Below are positions 41,737 to 50,221 of a DNA stretch of 64,000 bases, piece by piece. How positions within the stretch are numbered: the stretch's first letter is position 1; each line of letters opens with the position of its first letter. This DNA is from an uncultured Acidobacteriota bacterium (GTDB lineage Bacteria > Acidobacteriota > UBA6911): assembly GCA_963843575.1 (NCBI GenBank), contig CAWJKZ010000012.1:224001-288000 (forward strand), given 5' to 3'. The notes beneath the pieces are model-generated. The model made no database searches. It was not told where the DNA came from and saw only the letters and a program-made list of their open reading frames with translations. Position numbers and translations under genes: made by a program.

Positions 41737-42810
41737 ATGGAGCTGCGCGTCGACGTCGCCAAGAGATTCGGTCCCTTCGCCCTCCGCGCGGACTTCACCG
41801 CTTCACGGGACAGGATCGGGATTTTTGGCCCATCCGGGAGCGGCAAATCGACCCTGATGGGCCTGATCGCCGGGCTGCAGCAGCCCGACCGGGGCTTCAT
41901 TCAGCTGAACGGCGTGACCCTCTTCGACGGGCGGGCCAGCCTCCCGCCCGAACGCAGGCGTGTCGGCGTCATCTTCCAGGATCCGCACCTGTTCCCGCAC
42001 ATGACCGTGAAGGGCAACCTGCTCTACGGCCGCAGGCGCTGCGCGCCGGACGATCGAAAGGTCGATTTCGACAGGCTGATCGACGTCCTGCAGCTCGGCG
42101 GCCTGCTCGAACGCGGTGTCAACCGGCTGTCGGGCGGAGAGAAGCAGCGCGTGGCCATCGGACGCACGGTGCTGGCGAATCCGCGCCTGCTATTGATGGA
42201 TGAGCCGCTGTCGGCCCTCGACGATAACCTGCGTTTCCAGGTCATGCCCTTCCTGAGAAGCGCTTGCGAAACCTTCGGCATCCCATACATCTTCATCTCC
42301 CACTCGCTGGTGGAAATGCGCCTGATGAGCGAGCAGGTGGTCGTATTCGACAACGGCGCTCAAACGGCCGTCACCGACGCCGACAGCCTGGCGCGCAGCC
42401 GCATGGGGGAGAGTCCCGTGGGCTATATCAACCTCCTGAGATTGGGACGCCCTTCCCCGGTGGCAGGCCATTTCGCCTATCCCTGGGGCGACCGGCGGCT
42501 GTTGCTCTCCGACGGCACGGAGCGCGGCGACTCGATCGCCGAGCTTTCTTCCAAGGACATCATCCTGTTCAAACAGCACCCGGAGGCGATCAGCGCGCGC
42601 AACCTCCTCGCCTGCACCGTGCGGTCGCTGTTTCACTCCGGCGGCAAGGTCGGGGTCGTGCTAGATTGCGGGGGGAAGGACCTGATTGCGGAGATCGTGC
42701 CCGACGCCGCACACGAACTGGGCATCGCCGTCGGCGCCATGGTCTATGCCGCCGTCAAGGCCACCGCCTTTCGGCTGCTGCCTGTTGCACGCGGATCTCC
42801 GCGGATTTAA
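41737..42810 (+). CDS. modC: Molybdate ABC ATP-binding protein
   Basis: GPSGSGKST, LSGGEKQR, MDEPL, C-terminal TOBE (ISARNLL...AAVKA). Confidence 0.92.
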   Translation: MELRVDVAKRFGPFALRADFTASRDRIGIFGPSGSGKSTLMGLIAGLQQPDRGFIQLNGVTLFDGRASLPPERRRVGVIFQDPHLFPHMTVKGNLLYGRRRCAPDDRKVDFDRLIDVLQLGGLLERGVNRLSGGEKQRVAIGRTVLANPRLLLMDEPLSALDDNLRFQVMPFLRSACETFGIPYIFISHSLVEMRLMSEQVVVFDNGAQTAVTDADSLARSRMGESPVGYINLLRLGRPSPVAGHFAYPWGDRRLLLSDGTERGDSIAELSSKDIILFKQHPEAISARNLLACTVRSLFHSGGKVGVVLDCGGKDLIAEIVPDAAHELGIAVGAMVYAAVKATAFRLLPVARGSPRI

Positions 42811-42937
42811 TGGATTCAAACGCATCAGCCGCTGATCCGCGTGGATCGACATCCATCCGCGTCCGAAAAAAGCAACCGAGTCACAGAAGGGGAAACCTAT
42901 GCATCGTGCCGCCTGCCGATTGACGCGGATCCACGCC
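42786..42937. repeat. Family B repeats
   Basis: GCACGCGGATCTCCGCGGATTTAATGGATT ... GATCCGCGTGGATCGACATCCATCCGCGTCC, plus GATTGACGCGGATCCACGC. Confidence 0.65.
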
Positions 42938-42948
42938 GGTGTGGGGCC

Positions 42949-43035
42949 TCAGGCGTTGAGGAAGATCTTCCGCTTGTACATCCAGTAGGGGATGCTCCAC
43001 TCCACGGCGAAGAACGCGAGCGCCGCGAACAGACA
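42949..43035 (-). pseudogene. C-terminal remnant of a DUF5009/HGSNAT-like acyltransferase membrane protein
   Basis: Manual translation LFAALAFFAVEWSIPYWMYKRKIFLNA*; no upstream body of the gene. Confidence 0.5.
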
Positions 43036-43099
43036 GTCCTGGCAACGATGTTGGTGAGGACCTCACGGGCGGTGATGGTGCGGTCGCTAGATCAGATCA

Positions 43100-43168
43100 A
43101 AAGACGTCCGGGCTGAAGCCCGGACCCACTTGTCTTACGGACGCGGATTGACGCGGCTCCACGCGGAA
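43100..43168. repeat. Family D REP copy adjoining a family B copy
   Basis: AAAGACGTCCGGGCTGAAGCCCGGACCCACTTG followed by ACGCGGATTGACGCGGCTCCACGCGG. Confidence 0.75.
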
Positions 43169-43222
43169 GTACAGAACTTTGCGGAGGCCGGGATCGTACA
43201 TGAGATAGGGAGGGCTGTGCCC

Positions 43223-45652
43223 ATGGGTCATTTGATGCAGGACGTCCGGTTTGGGTGCCGTATGCTGTTCAGACACCCGGCGCTGTCCGTCATCTCGATC
43301 TTGACCTTCGGGGTGGGCATCGGGATCACCACGATGGTCTTCAGCATCGTGAACGGCGCCTTCTTCAAGGGTCTCCCCTTCGAGGCAGGGGACCGGATCG
43401 TGGGGCTGGTCAATACCAATCCGTCCCGCGGACAATCCAACCTGCCGGTCAGCGTGCAGGACTACGCCGTCTGGGAGCAGCGGCAGACGGTGTTCCAGTC
43501 CATCGGCCCGTGGTCCGTGGGGCCAATCAACCTCACGTGGCACAACGGCACGCCGGAGCGCTTCGCGGCCGGCATGATGAGCCCGGGTGCGTTCGACACC
43601 CTGCGGGTGCGGCCGCTCCTGGGCAGGACGTTTCGTCCCGGCGACGACCGTCCCGGGGCCGAGCCTTTCATCATCCTCGGCTACGAGATCTGGCGCGACC
43701 GCTTCGGGAAATCCCCGGACGTTCTCGGCAGGGCTATCCGGGCCGGTGGCTCGAAACGGACGGTCGTCGGGGTGATGCCCGAGGGGTTCGCCTTCCCCAA
43801 CCGGCAGCAGGTGTGGATACCGCTCGAAGTCAACCCGCTGGCCACCAAACGCGGCGAGGGCCCGGGCTACGCGGTCGTGGCCCGGCTGAAGGACGGCGCG
43901 TCGGTGGGCGAGGCGAAGGCGCAGGCGGCGGCCATCTCGGGGCAGCTCGCCCGGGAGTTCCCCGAAACCAACCGGGAGCTGGCCGCGACCGTGCGGCCCT
44001 TCACGGAGACCTTCCTGGGGCCCGAGATCTACAGCATCCTGTACACGATGTTCGCCGCCGGCGTCGGCGTCCTGCTGATCGCGTGCGTCAACGTCGCCAA
44101 CCTCCTGCTGGCCCGGACCTCGCTGCGGATCCGCGAGGTCGCGGTCAGGATGGCGCTGGGGGCGGGGCGCGGCCGGATCATCGCGCAGTTCATGGTCGAG
44201 GTGGCGCTGCTCGCCGCCGCGGGAGGCGCCGTGGGGTGCGGCCTCGCCTACGCCGGGATGCAGTGGTTCCTGCAGGCGATCGCCGCATCCCCGCCCCCCT
44301 TCTTCATCACGTTCGGACTCGATCACCGGGTCATGGGATGCGTCCTGGCCGCCGTGGCCGGCTCCAGCGTTTTCGCGGGCCTCATACCGGCGATGAAGGC
44401 GACCGGGAAACACACGGGCGAGGCCCTCAAGGACGAGTCGCGCGGCTCCACCGGGCTGCGCATCGGCAGGTTCAGCTCCGCGCTCGTGGTGGCCGAGGTC
44501 GCGGTCTCGTGCGGGCTGCTGATCGGGGCCGGGCTCATGATCAAGAGCGTCGTCCGGCTGAAGACCGTGCGGATGCCGTTCGCCACGGAGCACGTCTTCA
44601 CCGCCAGGATCCACCTGCCGCGTGCGCAATACCCCGACGGCGCCGGCTGCGTCCGCTTCTACGAGCAACTGCTCCCCAGGCTGGCAGGCATCCCGGGGGT
44701 GGAGGCGGCGACGCTGTCCGACGGACTCCCCGCGGCCGGCAACGGCATCGTCCCATTCCAGGTCGAGGGGCAGGCGTATGCGCGGGACAGCGACTACCCC
44801 ACGGCGCGCGAAGGGGTCGTGACTCCCGGGTACTTCGGGACCTTCCAGACCGAGGTGCGGCGCGGGCGCGAGTTCACCGTGTTCGACCGCCCGGACAGCC
44901 CGTTCGTGGCCGTCATCAACGAGAGCTTCGCGAAGGCGCACTTCCCCGGCGTCGATCCCCTCGGCAGGCGCTTCCGGCTGGGACGCAACAAGGTGAAGGA
45001 CCCGTGGCGCACGATCGTCGGACTCGTGCCGGACATGATGATGCAGGGGGTGCAGGACAACGGCCAGAGCGGCTCGGGATACTACATCCCCATCGCGCAG
45101 AGCGAGGTGACCAACTTCGTCAGCATCGCGTTGAGGACGCGCGGGGAGCCGGCGGAGGCGACACCCGCGGTCCGGGCAGCCGTGATGTCGCTCGACCCGG
45201 ATCTCGCCGTCTACGACGTGCTCTCGATGAGGGAAGTGATCGCCCGGGCCACCTGGTTCTACAGGATCTTCGGCACCCTGTTCACCGCGTTCGGCTGCGT
45301 CGCTCTGCTGCTCGCGGTCGCGGGGCTCTATGGCGTGATGTCGTTCTCGGTGACGCAGCGGACCCGCGAGATGGGGATCCGCGTCGCCCTCGGCGCCGGG
45401 GGGAGCGAACTGGTGCGACTCGTCATGGGGCGCGGCGTCGTCCGGCTGTCGATAGGGCTGGCCCTCGGCCTGGGGCTCGGGTCGGTGGCAAGCCACTTCC
45501 TGCAGACGCTCCTGTACCACGTCGACGCGCACGACCCCGGTGTGCTGGCGGCCGTCGCCGCCTCGCTCGCGGTCTCAGGGCTGCTGGCCAGCTTCATCCC
45601 CGCCCGCCGCGTCACCCGCATCGACCCCGTCCAGGCGCTCGCTTCCGAGTGA
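43223..45652 (+). CDS. ADOP/MacB-FtsX duplicated ABC permease
   Basis: QDVRFGCRML, IACVNVANLLLAR, EVAVRMALGA, QRTREMGIRVALGA, DPVQAL. Confidence 0.92.
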   Translation: MGHLMQDVRFGCRMLFRHPALSVISILTFGVGIGITTMVFSIVNGAFFKGLPFEAGDRIVGLVNTNPSRGQSNLPVSVQDYAVWEQRQTVFQSIGPWSVGPINLTWHNGTPERFAAGMMSPGAFDTLRVRPLLGRTFRPGDDRPGAEPFIILGYEIWRDRFGKSPDVLGRAIRAGGSKRTVVGVMPEGFAFPNRQQVWIPLEVNPLATKRGEGPGYAVVARLKDGASVGEAKAQAAAISGQLAREFPETNRELAATVRPFTETFLGPEIYSILYTMFAAGVGVLLIACVNVANLLLARTSLRIREVAVRMALGAGRGRIIAQFMVEVALLAAAGGAVGCGLAYAGMQWFLQAIAASPPPFFITFGLDHRVMGCVLAAVAGSSVFAGLIPAMKATGKHTGEALKDESRGSTGLRIGRFSSALVVAEVAVSCGLLIGAGLMIKSVVRLKTVRMPFATEHVFTARIHLPRAQYPDGAGCVRFYEQLLPRLAGIPGVEAATLSDGLPAAGNGIVPFQVEGQAYARDSDYPTAREGVVTPGYFGTFQTEVRRGREFTVFDRPDSPFVAVINESFAKAHFPGVDPLGRRFRLGRNKVKDPWRTIVGLVPDMMMQGVQDNGQSGSGYYIPIAQSEVTNFVSIALRTRGEPAEATPAVRAAVMSLDPDLAVYDVLSMREVIARATWFYRIFGTLFTAFGCVALLLAVAGLYGVMSFSVTQRTREMGIRVALGAGGSELVRLVMGRGVVRLSIGLALGLGLGSVASHFLQTLLYHVDAHDPGVLAAVAASLAVSGLLASFIPARRVTRIDPVQALASE

Positions 45653-45661
45653 AGGCAAAAC

Positions 45662-45732
45662 GGGACGCGGATCTGCGCGGAGGCACGCAGATTTTGACAG
45701 GCCGGGCGCGGCCGATCCGCGTACACGTGCGA
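45662..45732. repeat. Family B repeat
   Basis: GGACGCGGATCTGCGCGGAGGCACGCAGAT...GGCCGATCCGCGTACAC. Confidence 0.65.
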
Positions 45733-45771
45733 TCTTGACATTCATGCAGGCGATGCTAATTATTTTCTGTC

Positions 45772-45835
45772 GGCGGTGGAGTCCGCCCGGGAGCACCCCG
45801 CTCCCAAACCGTCTTCGTAGACCAATGGCTCCTAC
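45772..45835 (+). ncRNA. Fluoride (crcB) riboswitch
   Basis: GGCGGTGGAGTCCGCC...AAACCGTC-TTCGTA-GAC-CAATGGCTCCTAC fits the GGCGATGGAGTTCGCC...AACCG...GCTAATGACTCCTAC consensus including the GGAG/CTCC pseudoknot; TTGACA at 45735-45740 upstream. Confidence 0.85.
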
Positions 45836-45865
45836 CTTTTCGCCTGGAATGAATCGGAGGAGCGT

Positions 45866-47032
45866 ATGGACGTCTACACGGGGATGGTGCTTAGCGCGCT
45901 CATTTTCCTGGCCAGCCTGATTTCCGTCGAGTTCGGAATTTCCGCGGCAATCGTCGAAATTGTCCTCGGCGTGGCGGCCGGCAATTTCCTCGGGGTGCAG
46001 CAGCTGGATTGGGTCAAGTACATCGCTGGCTTCGGCGGCATCCTTCTCACCTTCCTGGCGGGCGCGGAAGTGGATCGCAGGGTCATGCGGGAGAAGGCGA
46101 GGGAAAGCCTTCTGATCGGCGCCATTTCGTTCCTGGCGCCGTTTATTGGAACCATGTGGGTCTGTCATCATTTCCTGCAGTGGGATTGGGCTTCGGCGAA
46201 ACTGGCCGGGATCGCGCTCAGCACGACCTCGCTTGCCGTCGTCTATGCCGTGCTGGTGGAAACCGGGTTGACCGACACGGAGATCGGCAAGCTCATCATG
46301 GCGGCAACATTCGTCACCGATTTCGGTACGGCGCTCGGCCTCTCCCTGCTCTTTCTCTCTCCCAACGTCAACACCCTGTGGTTCGCGCTGATTTCCACCA
46401 CCATCATCGTGCTAATGCCCTTGATCGCTCCACGCCTCTTCAAACGCTATGGTGAGCGGGTTATAGAACCGGAAATCAAACTGTTATTCCTGGTTCTGCT
46501 GGTGCTGATGTTCCTTGCCCAGACCGGGTCCAGCCACGCCATATTGCCCGCATTCGTGCTGGGGCTTGTGCTGTCCCACCTGTTCCACGGCAACAGGTCC
46601 CTGCAGCGCAAGATCCGCGTGGTCGCCTTCGCGTTCGTCACGCCGATCTTCTTCATGAACGGCGGCATGAACATTTCACTGCGGCTGCTTTGGGCAAATA
46701 GCGCCCTCTTCGGGATTCTGCTGGCGGTCAAACTCGCGACGAAGTTCGCGGGGGTATACCCGGTTTCAAGGCTCTTTCTCAAGCGGGAGGCGGCCTACAC
46801 GACCCTGCTGATGAGTACGGGGCTGACGATGGGAACCATAAGCTCGCTGTTCGGCTACCAGAATGGAATCATCAACCAGGCACAGTTCTCGGTCCTGGTT
46901 GCCGTCGTGGTCGCAAGCGCCGTCTTCCCGACCTTCCTTGCCCAGCGCTTCTTCCACCCCCATCACCTGTTCGAATCGCCCGGCGGGGAGGTCGATCCCG
47001 AGATGCTGGAGTCCATGGACAGCGGCGCCTAG
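45866..47032 (+). CDS. Cation:proton antiporter (Na+/H+ exchanger family)
   Basis: About 12 TM helices, LSTTSLAVV, FVTDFG, LMSTGLT; GGAGGAG RBS. Confidence 0.88.
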   Translation: MDVYTGMVLSALIFLASLISVEFGISAAIVEIVLGVAAGNFLGVQQLDWVKYIAGFGGILLTFLAGAEVDRRVMREKARESLLIGAISFLAPFIGTMWVCHHFLQWDWASAKLAGIALSTTSLAVVYAVLVETGLTDTEIGKLIMAATFVTDFGTALGLSLLFLSPNVNTLWFALISTTIIVLMPLIAPRLFKRYGERVIEPEIKLLFLVLLVLMFLAQTGSSHAILPAFVLGLVLSHLFHGNRSLQRKIRVVAFAFVTPIFFMNGGMNISLRLLWANSALFGILLAVKLATKFAGVYPVSRLFLKREAAYTTLLMSTGLTMGTISSLFGYQNGIINQAQFSVLVAVVVASAVFPTFLAQRFFHPHHLFESPGGEVDPEMLESMDSGA

Positions 47033-47051
47033 GCAGCTATCGCGATCAGGC

Positions 47052-47120
47052 TGATCCGCGAGATCCGCGCGCATCCGCGTCCTGGACGCGGATCAACGCC
47101 GATGCACACGGATCCGTGTC
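47052..47120. repeat. Family B repeat
   Basis: GATCCGCGAGATCCGCGCGCATCCGCGTCCTGGACGCGGATCAACGCCGATGCACACGGATC. Confidence 0.65.
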
Positions 47121-47191
47121 TCCTCAATTTGCTTTACAGGGGTGTCTCGGAAGCCACACGATACGGTCGCATCTCCACGGAGGAGGCCACG

Positions 47192-48634
47192 ATGAAAACA
47201 GACCGACGGGATTTTTTGAAGATTGCCGGCGTTACGGGCACCGGAATGGTGTCGACCCGGATGACCTCACAGGATTCAGCGCAGAGTAGTAAACGTTCCG
47301 GCCCATTCGCACGCACAAAAGAAGTCACCGAACAGCACCACAAGCAGCTCTTCAACATGTGTGGGTATTCGGCTCCCAAGCTCGACAAGGTGCGGGTGGG
47401 GTTCATAGGTCTCGGCAATCGTGGCCCCGTAAATGTCGATGCCATGGCCTATGTCGAGGGCGTCGAAATCAAGGCGCTCTGTGACAAGAGGACGGTGCGG
47501 GTAGAAAACGCGCAGAAGATACTTTCCAAACACGGCTTGCCCCCGGCGAAATCTTATGGTGGCACTGAAGATATATGGAAAGAGCTGTGCAAGGATCCCG
47601 ACCTCGACTTGATTTCCGTCGCGGTGCCCAGGGGCCCCCTGCACGCAAGAATGGCGGTGTGCGCGATGGAGAGCGGCAAACATGCGGCCGTCGAGGCGCC
47701 GGCCGCAGCGACGCTCGAGGAGGCGTGGCTCCTGGTCGAGACCTCCGAAAGAACAAAGAAGCACTGCATGATGCTGGAGAACTGCTGTTACGATTTTTTT
47801 GAATTGCTGACGCTCAATATGATCAGGCAGGGCTTTTTTGGGGAACTGATTCATGCCGATGCGGGTTATCTCCACCATCAGAACAATTTTGTTCCCGTAC
47901 CGGAAGGTGGGGACATGTGGCGCGTGCGGGAGAGTCAGCATCGCAACTGCAATCTTTACCCTTCCCACGGCATAGGACCGATTTGCCAGGCGATGAACAT
48001 CAATCGGGGAGACAGGTTGGCCCTCATGACGTCGATGGCGTCCAACGACTTCATAATGGGGAAGATGGCTGCGGAGCTGGCAAAGCGGGACAGCTTCTAC
48101 AAGGAATTCGACACGAACTCGTATCGCGGCAACATGAATACCTCGATCATCAGGACCCAGAATGGCAAGACCATCATGCTGCAATACGACATAACCAGCC
48201 CTCGCGTCTATTCGCGCATCCACACGATAAGCGGCACGAAGGGAATCCTGCAGAAGTATCCCCTACCGGGCAGGATCTCGCAGGGAAAGGATGAGTGGTT
48301 CAGCGACGAGGAGATGAAGGCATTGACGGAAAAGTACACGCCGGAAATCGTGAAGCGTATGGGCGAACTGGCGAAGGAAATCGGCGGGCACGGCGGCATG
48401 GATTTCCTGATGAACTGGCGCCTGGCCGATTGCCTGAGGAACGGGATCCCGGTCGAACAGGACGTTTACGATGCAGCCGCCTGGAGCTCGATAGTCCCGC
48501 TGAGCGAATGGTCGGTGGCGAACGGATCGAACTCCATCGCGATACCCGACTTCACCTGCGGATCGTACAAGACCAATACCCCTCTAGACGTAACCCTGTC
48601 CAAGGGAGGCCGCACCGGCGTTCGCTCAATATAG
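47192..48634 (+). CDS. Tat-exported Gfo/Idh/MocA protein, GH109 (alpha-N-acetylgalactosaminidase)-like
   Basis: DRRDFLK, IGLGNRG, MMLENCCY, LYPSHGIGP, GHGGMDF, PDFT. Confidence 0.85.
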   Translation: MKTDRRDFLKIAGVTGTGMVSTRMTSQDSAQSSKRSGPFARTKEVTEQHHKQLFNMCGYSAPKLDKVRVGFIGLGNRGPVNVDAMAYVEGVEIKALCDKRTVRVENAQKILSKHGLPPAKSYGGTEDIWKELCKDPDLDLISVAVPRGPLHARMAVCAMESGKHAAVEAPAAATLEEAWLLVETSERTKKHCMMLENCCYDFFELLTLNMIRQGFFGELIHADAGYLHHQNNFVPVPEGGDMWRVRESQHRNCNLYPSHGIGPICQAMNINRGDRLALMTSMASNDFIMGKMAAELAKRDSFYKEFDTNSYRGNMNTSIIRTQNGKTIMLQYDITSPRVYSRIHTISGTKGILQKYPLPGRISQGKDEWFSDEEMKALTEKYTPEIVKRMGELAKEIGGHGGMDFLMNWRLADCLRNGIPVEQDVYDAAAWSSIVPLSEWSVANGSNSIAIPDFTCGSYKTNTPLDVTLSKGGRTGVRSI

Positions 48635-48737
48635 GGGACGCACCGGGAGAAAGCCAGACAACACAACAATCCGTGGGGATCCGCGCGCATCCGCGTCCTG
48701 AAAAACACGTCAGCGTATTTGTGAACATCAGTACTTA
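48634..48737. repeat. Hybrid element: family A left end joined to an inverted family B end
   Basis: GGGGACGCACCGGGAGAAAGCCAGACAACACAACAA then ATCCGCGCGCATCCGCGTCC...CGTCAGCGTATTTGTGAACATCAGTACT. Confidence 0.7.
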
Positions 48738-50102
48738 GGGCTTGCCGGCGAGTTCCTTCAGCAGCACGTACCAATGTTCCAGGGCGGCGTGGAAGGAGCG
48801 GACGGGAATGCGCTCGTTGAGCCCGTGCGAGAAATCGTCGCTGTCCTTCAGGAATAGCCCGCTCACGCCGTAGGTGGGGATGCCGGCGGCCCGGCAGACT
48901 GAGCCGTCGGTGGCATACGTCGCCATGTCGGGAACCAGCGGCACGCCCGGGTAGCTTGCGTGCACGGCCTTTGCGACTGCCGCCATCACGTCGGGACGAA
49001 TGGGGGATGCCCCGCTCGGCTGGGGGTTGCCCAGGGCACGCACTTCGATCTTCGCCCCGACGACTCGCTGGAGAGTCGCTCTTACCTCCTCGGCGCTCAT
49101 GCCCGGGAAGATCCGGCAGTTCACGGTGGCGGTCGCGGACTGCGGCAGGGCATTGTCCGCGTGACCCCCTACGAGCCGGGTTGCCACGCAGGTCGTGCGG
49201 GTCTTGCCGACGTTCTGAGGGCTGGCGGCGAGGATGTCGGCGGCGGCCTGGTCGTGCGGATCGGCGGCGAACCGCCCCATAGCCCGGCCCAGTTCGCCGG
49301 GCGTCGCGGATGCGGCCCCCTTCAGTGAGCCGAGGGTCCACTCGTTCCACATTACGGGGAATCGGAAGGCCTGCAGGGCCTTCAGCGCGTCCGCGAGGTC
49401 GTAGATGGCATTGTCGACGCGCGGCTGCGCGCTGTGGCCGCCGGGATTGCGGGCGGTGAGGTCGAAGCTCGCGTAAGATTTCTCCGCCCCCTGCACGTAG
49501 TAGACCTGCGGCTTGCCGGTGTTTTCGTCCAGCGAACCGCCGCCGCCATCGCCATTGAGGGCGAACTCGGCGTCGACGAGGTCGCGATGGTTCGTGACGG
49601 CGTCGCGCACCGTCGTCATCCCGGTTTCCTCGTCGCCGGTAAAGAGCAGGACGAGGTCCCGGGTGGGCACGAAGCCTTCGGCCTTCAGCCGCAGGAAAGC
49701 CACGGTGATCGCGGTCAAGTCTGCCTTGTTGTCCGCAGTGCCGCGGCCGAAGAAGTATCCGTGTTCCTCGACCAGCGTGAAAGGATCGCGATCCCAGTCC
49801 TCCGGCTTCGCCGTGACGACATCCATGTGGGCGAGCACCAGGATTGGCCTGGTGCCGGTGCCGGCACCGCGGTAGCGCACGACCAGCGAAGCGGTCTCAC
49901 CGAGGGGGAGGATGTGCACGTCGTCAGCCGGGAAGCCCCCCTCCCTGAATTCGCCGGCCAGATACCCGGCAATCGCAGGCACCTCCCGCTCCCCCACCAC
50001 GGTCCGGAAAATGGGGACGGACCCGGAGAAAGCCAGACAGCACAACAACATAGCTCGAAATCCAGGCCGAAAAGGGGCCTTATCTGCGATTTTTAGGGTC
50101 AT
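48735..50102 (-). CDS. M20/M25/M40 family metallopeptidase; N-terminus appears replaced by repeat-derived sequence
   Basis: LAHMDVV, GRGTADNK, GDEETG, GGHSA, SHGLNE; first ~30 residues are encoded by the family A element. Confidence 0.85.
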   Translation of the reverse strand: MTLKIADKAPFRPGFRAMLLCCLAFSGSVPIFRTVVGEREVPAIAGYLAGEFREGGFPADDVHILPLGETASLVVRYRGAGTGTRPILVLAHMDVVTAKPEDWDRDPFTLVEEHGYFFGRGTADNKADLTAITVAFLRLKAEGFVPTRDLVLLFTGDEETGMTTVRDAVTNHRDLVDAEFALNGDGGGGSLDENTGKPQVYYVQGAEKSYASFDLTARNPGGHSAQPRVDNAIYDLADALKALQAFRFPVMWNEWTLGSLKGAASATPGELGRAMGRFAADPHDQAAADILAASPQNVGKTRTTCVATRLVGGHADNALPQSATATVNCRIFPGMSAEEVRATLQRVVGAKIEVRALGNPQPSGASPIRPDVMAAVAKAVHASYPGVPLVPDMATYATDGSVCRAAGIPTYGVSGLFLKDSDDFSHGLNERIPVRSFHAALEHWYVLLKELAGKP

Positions 50103-50168
50103 TTTCTTGAGTTAAGCAGAAATACGCTGACGTTTCCAGGACGCAGATTAGCGCGGATGCACGCGGAA
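50013..50168. repeat. Hybrid element: family A left half joined to family B
   Basis: GGGGACGGACC at 50013-50023, CCTTATCTGCGATTTTTAGGGTCATTTTC arm, then CAGAAATACGCTGACGTTTCCAGGACGCAGATTAGCGCGGATGCACGCGG. Confidence 0.75.
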
Positions 50169-50221
50169 AGGGCTCACGCAAGAATACTTTCCTAATTATC
50201 TGAATTCACGTGCGGACCTGA

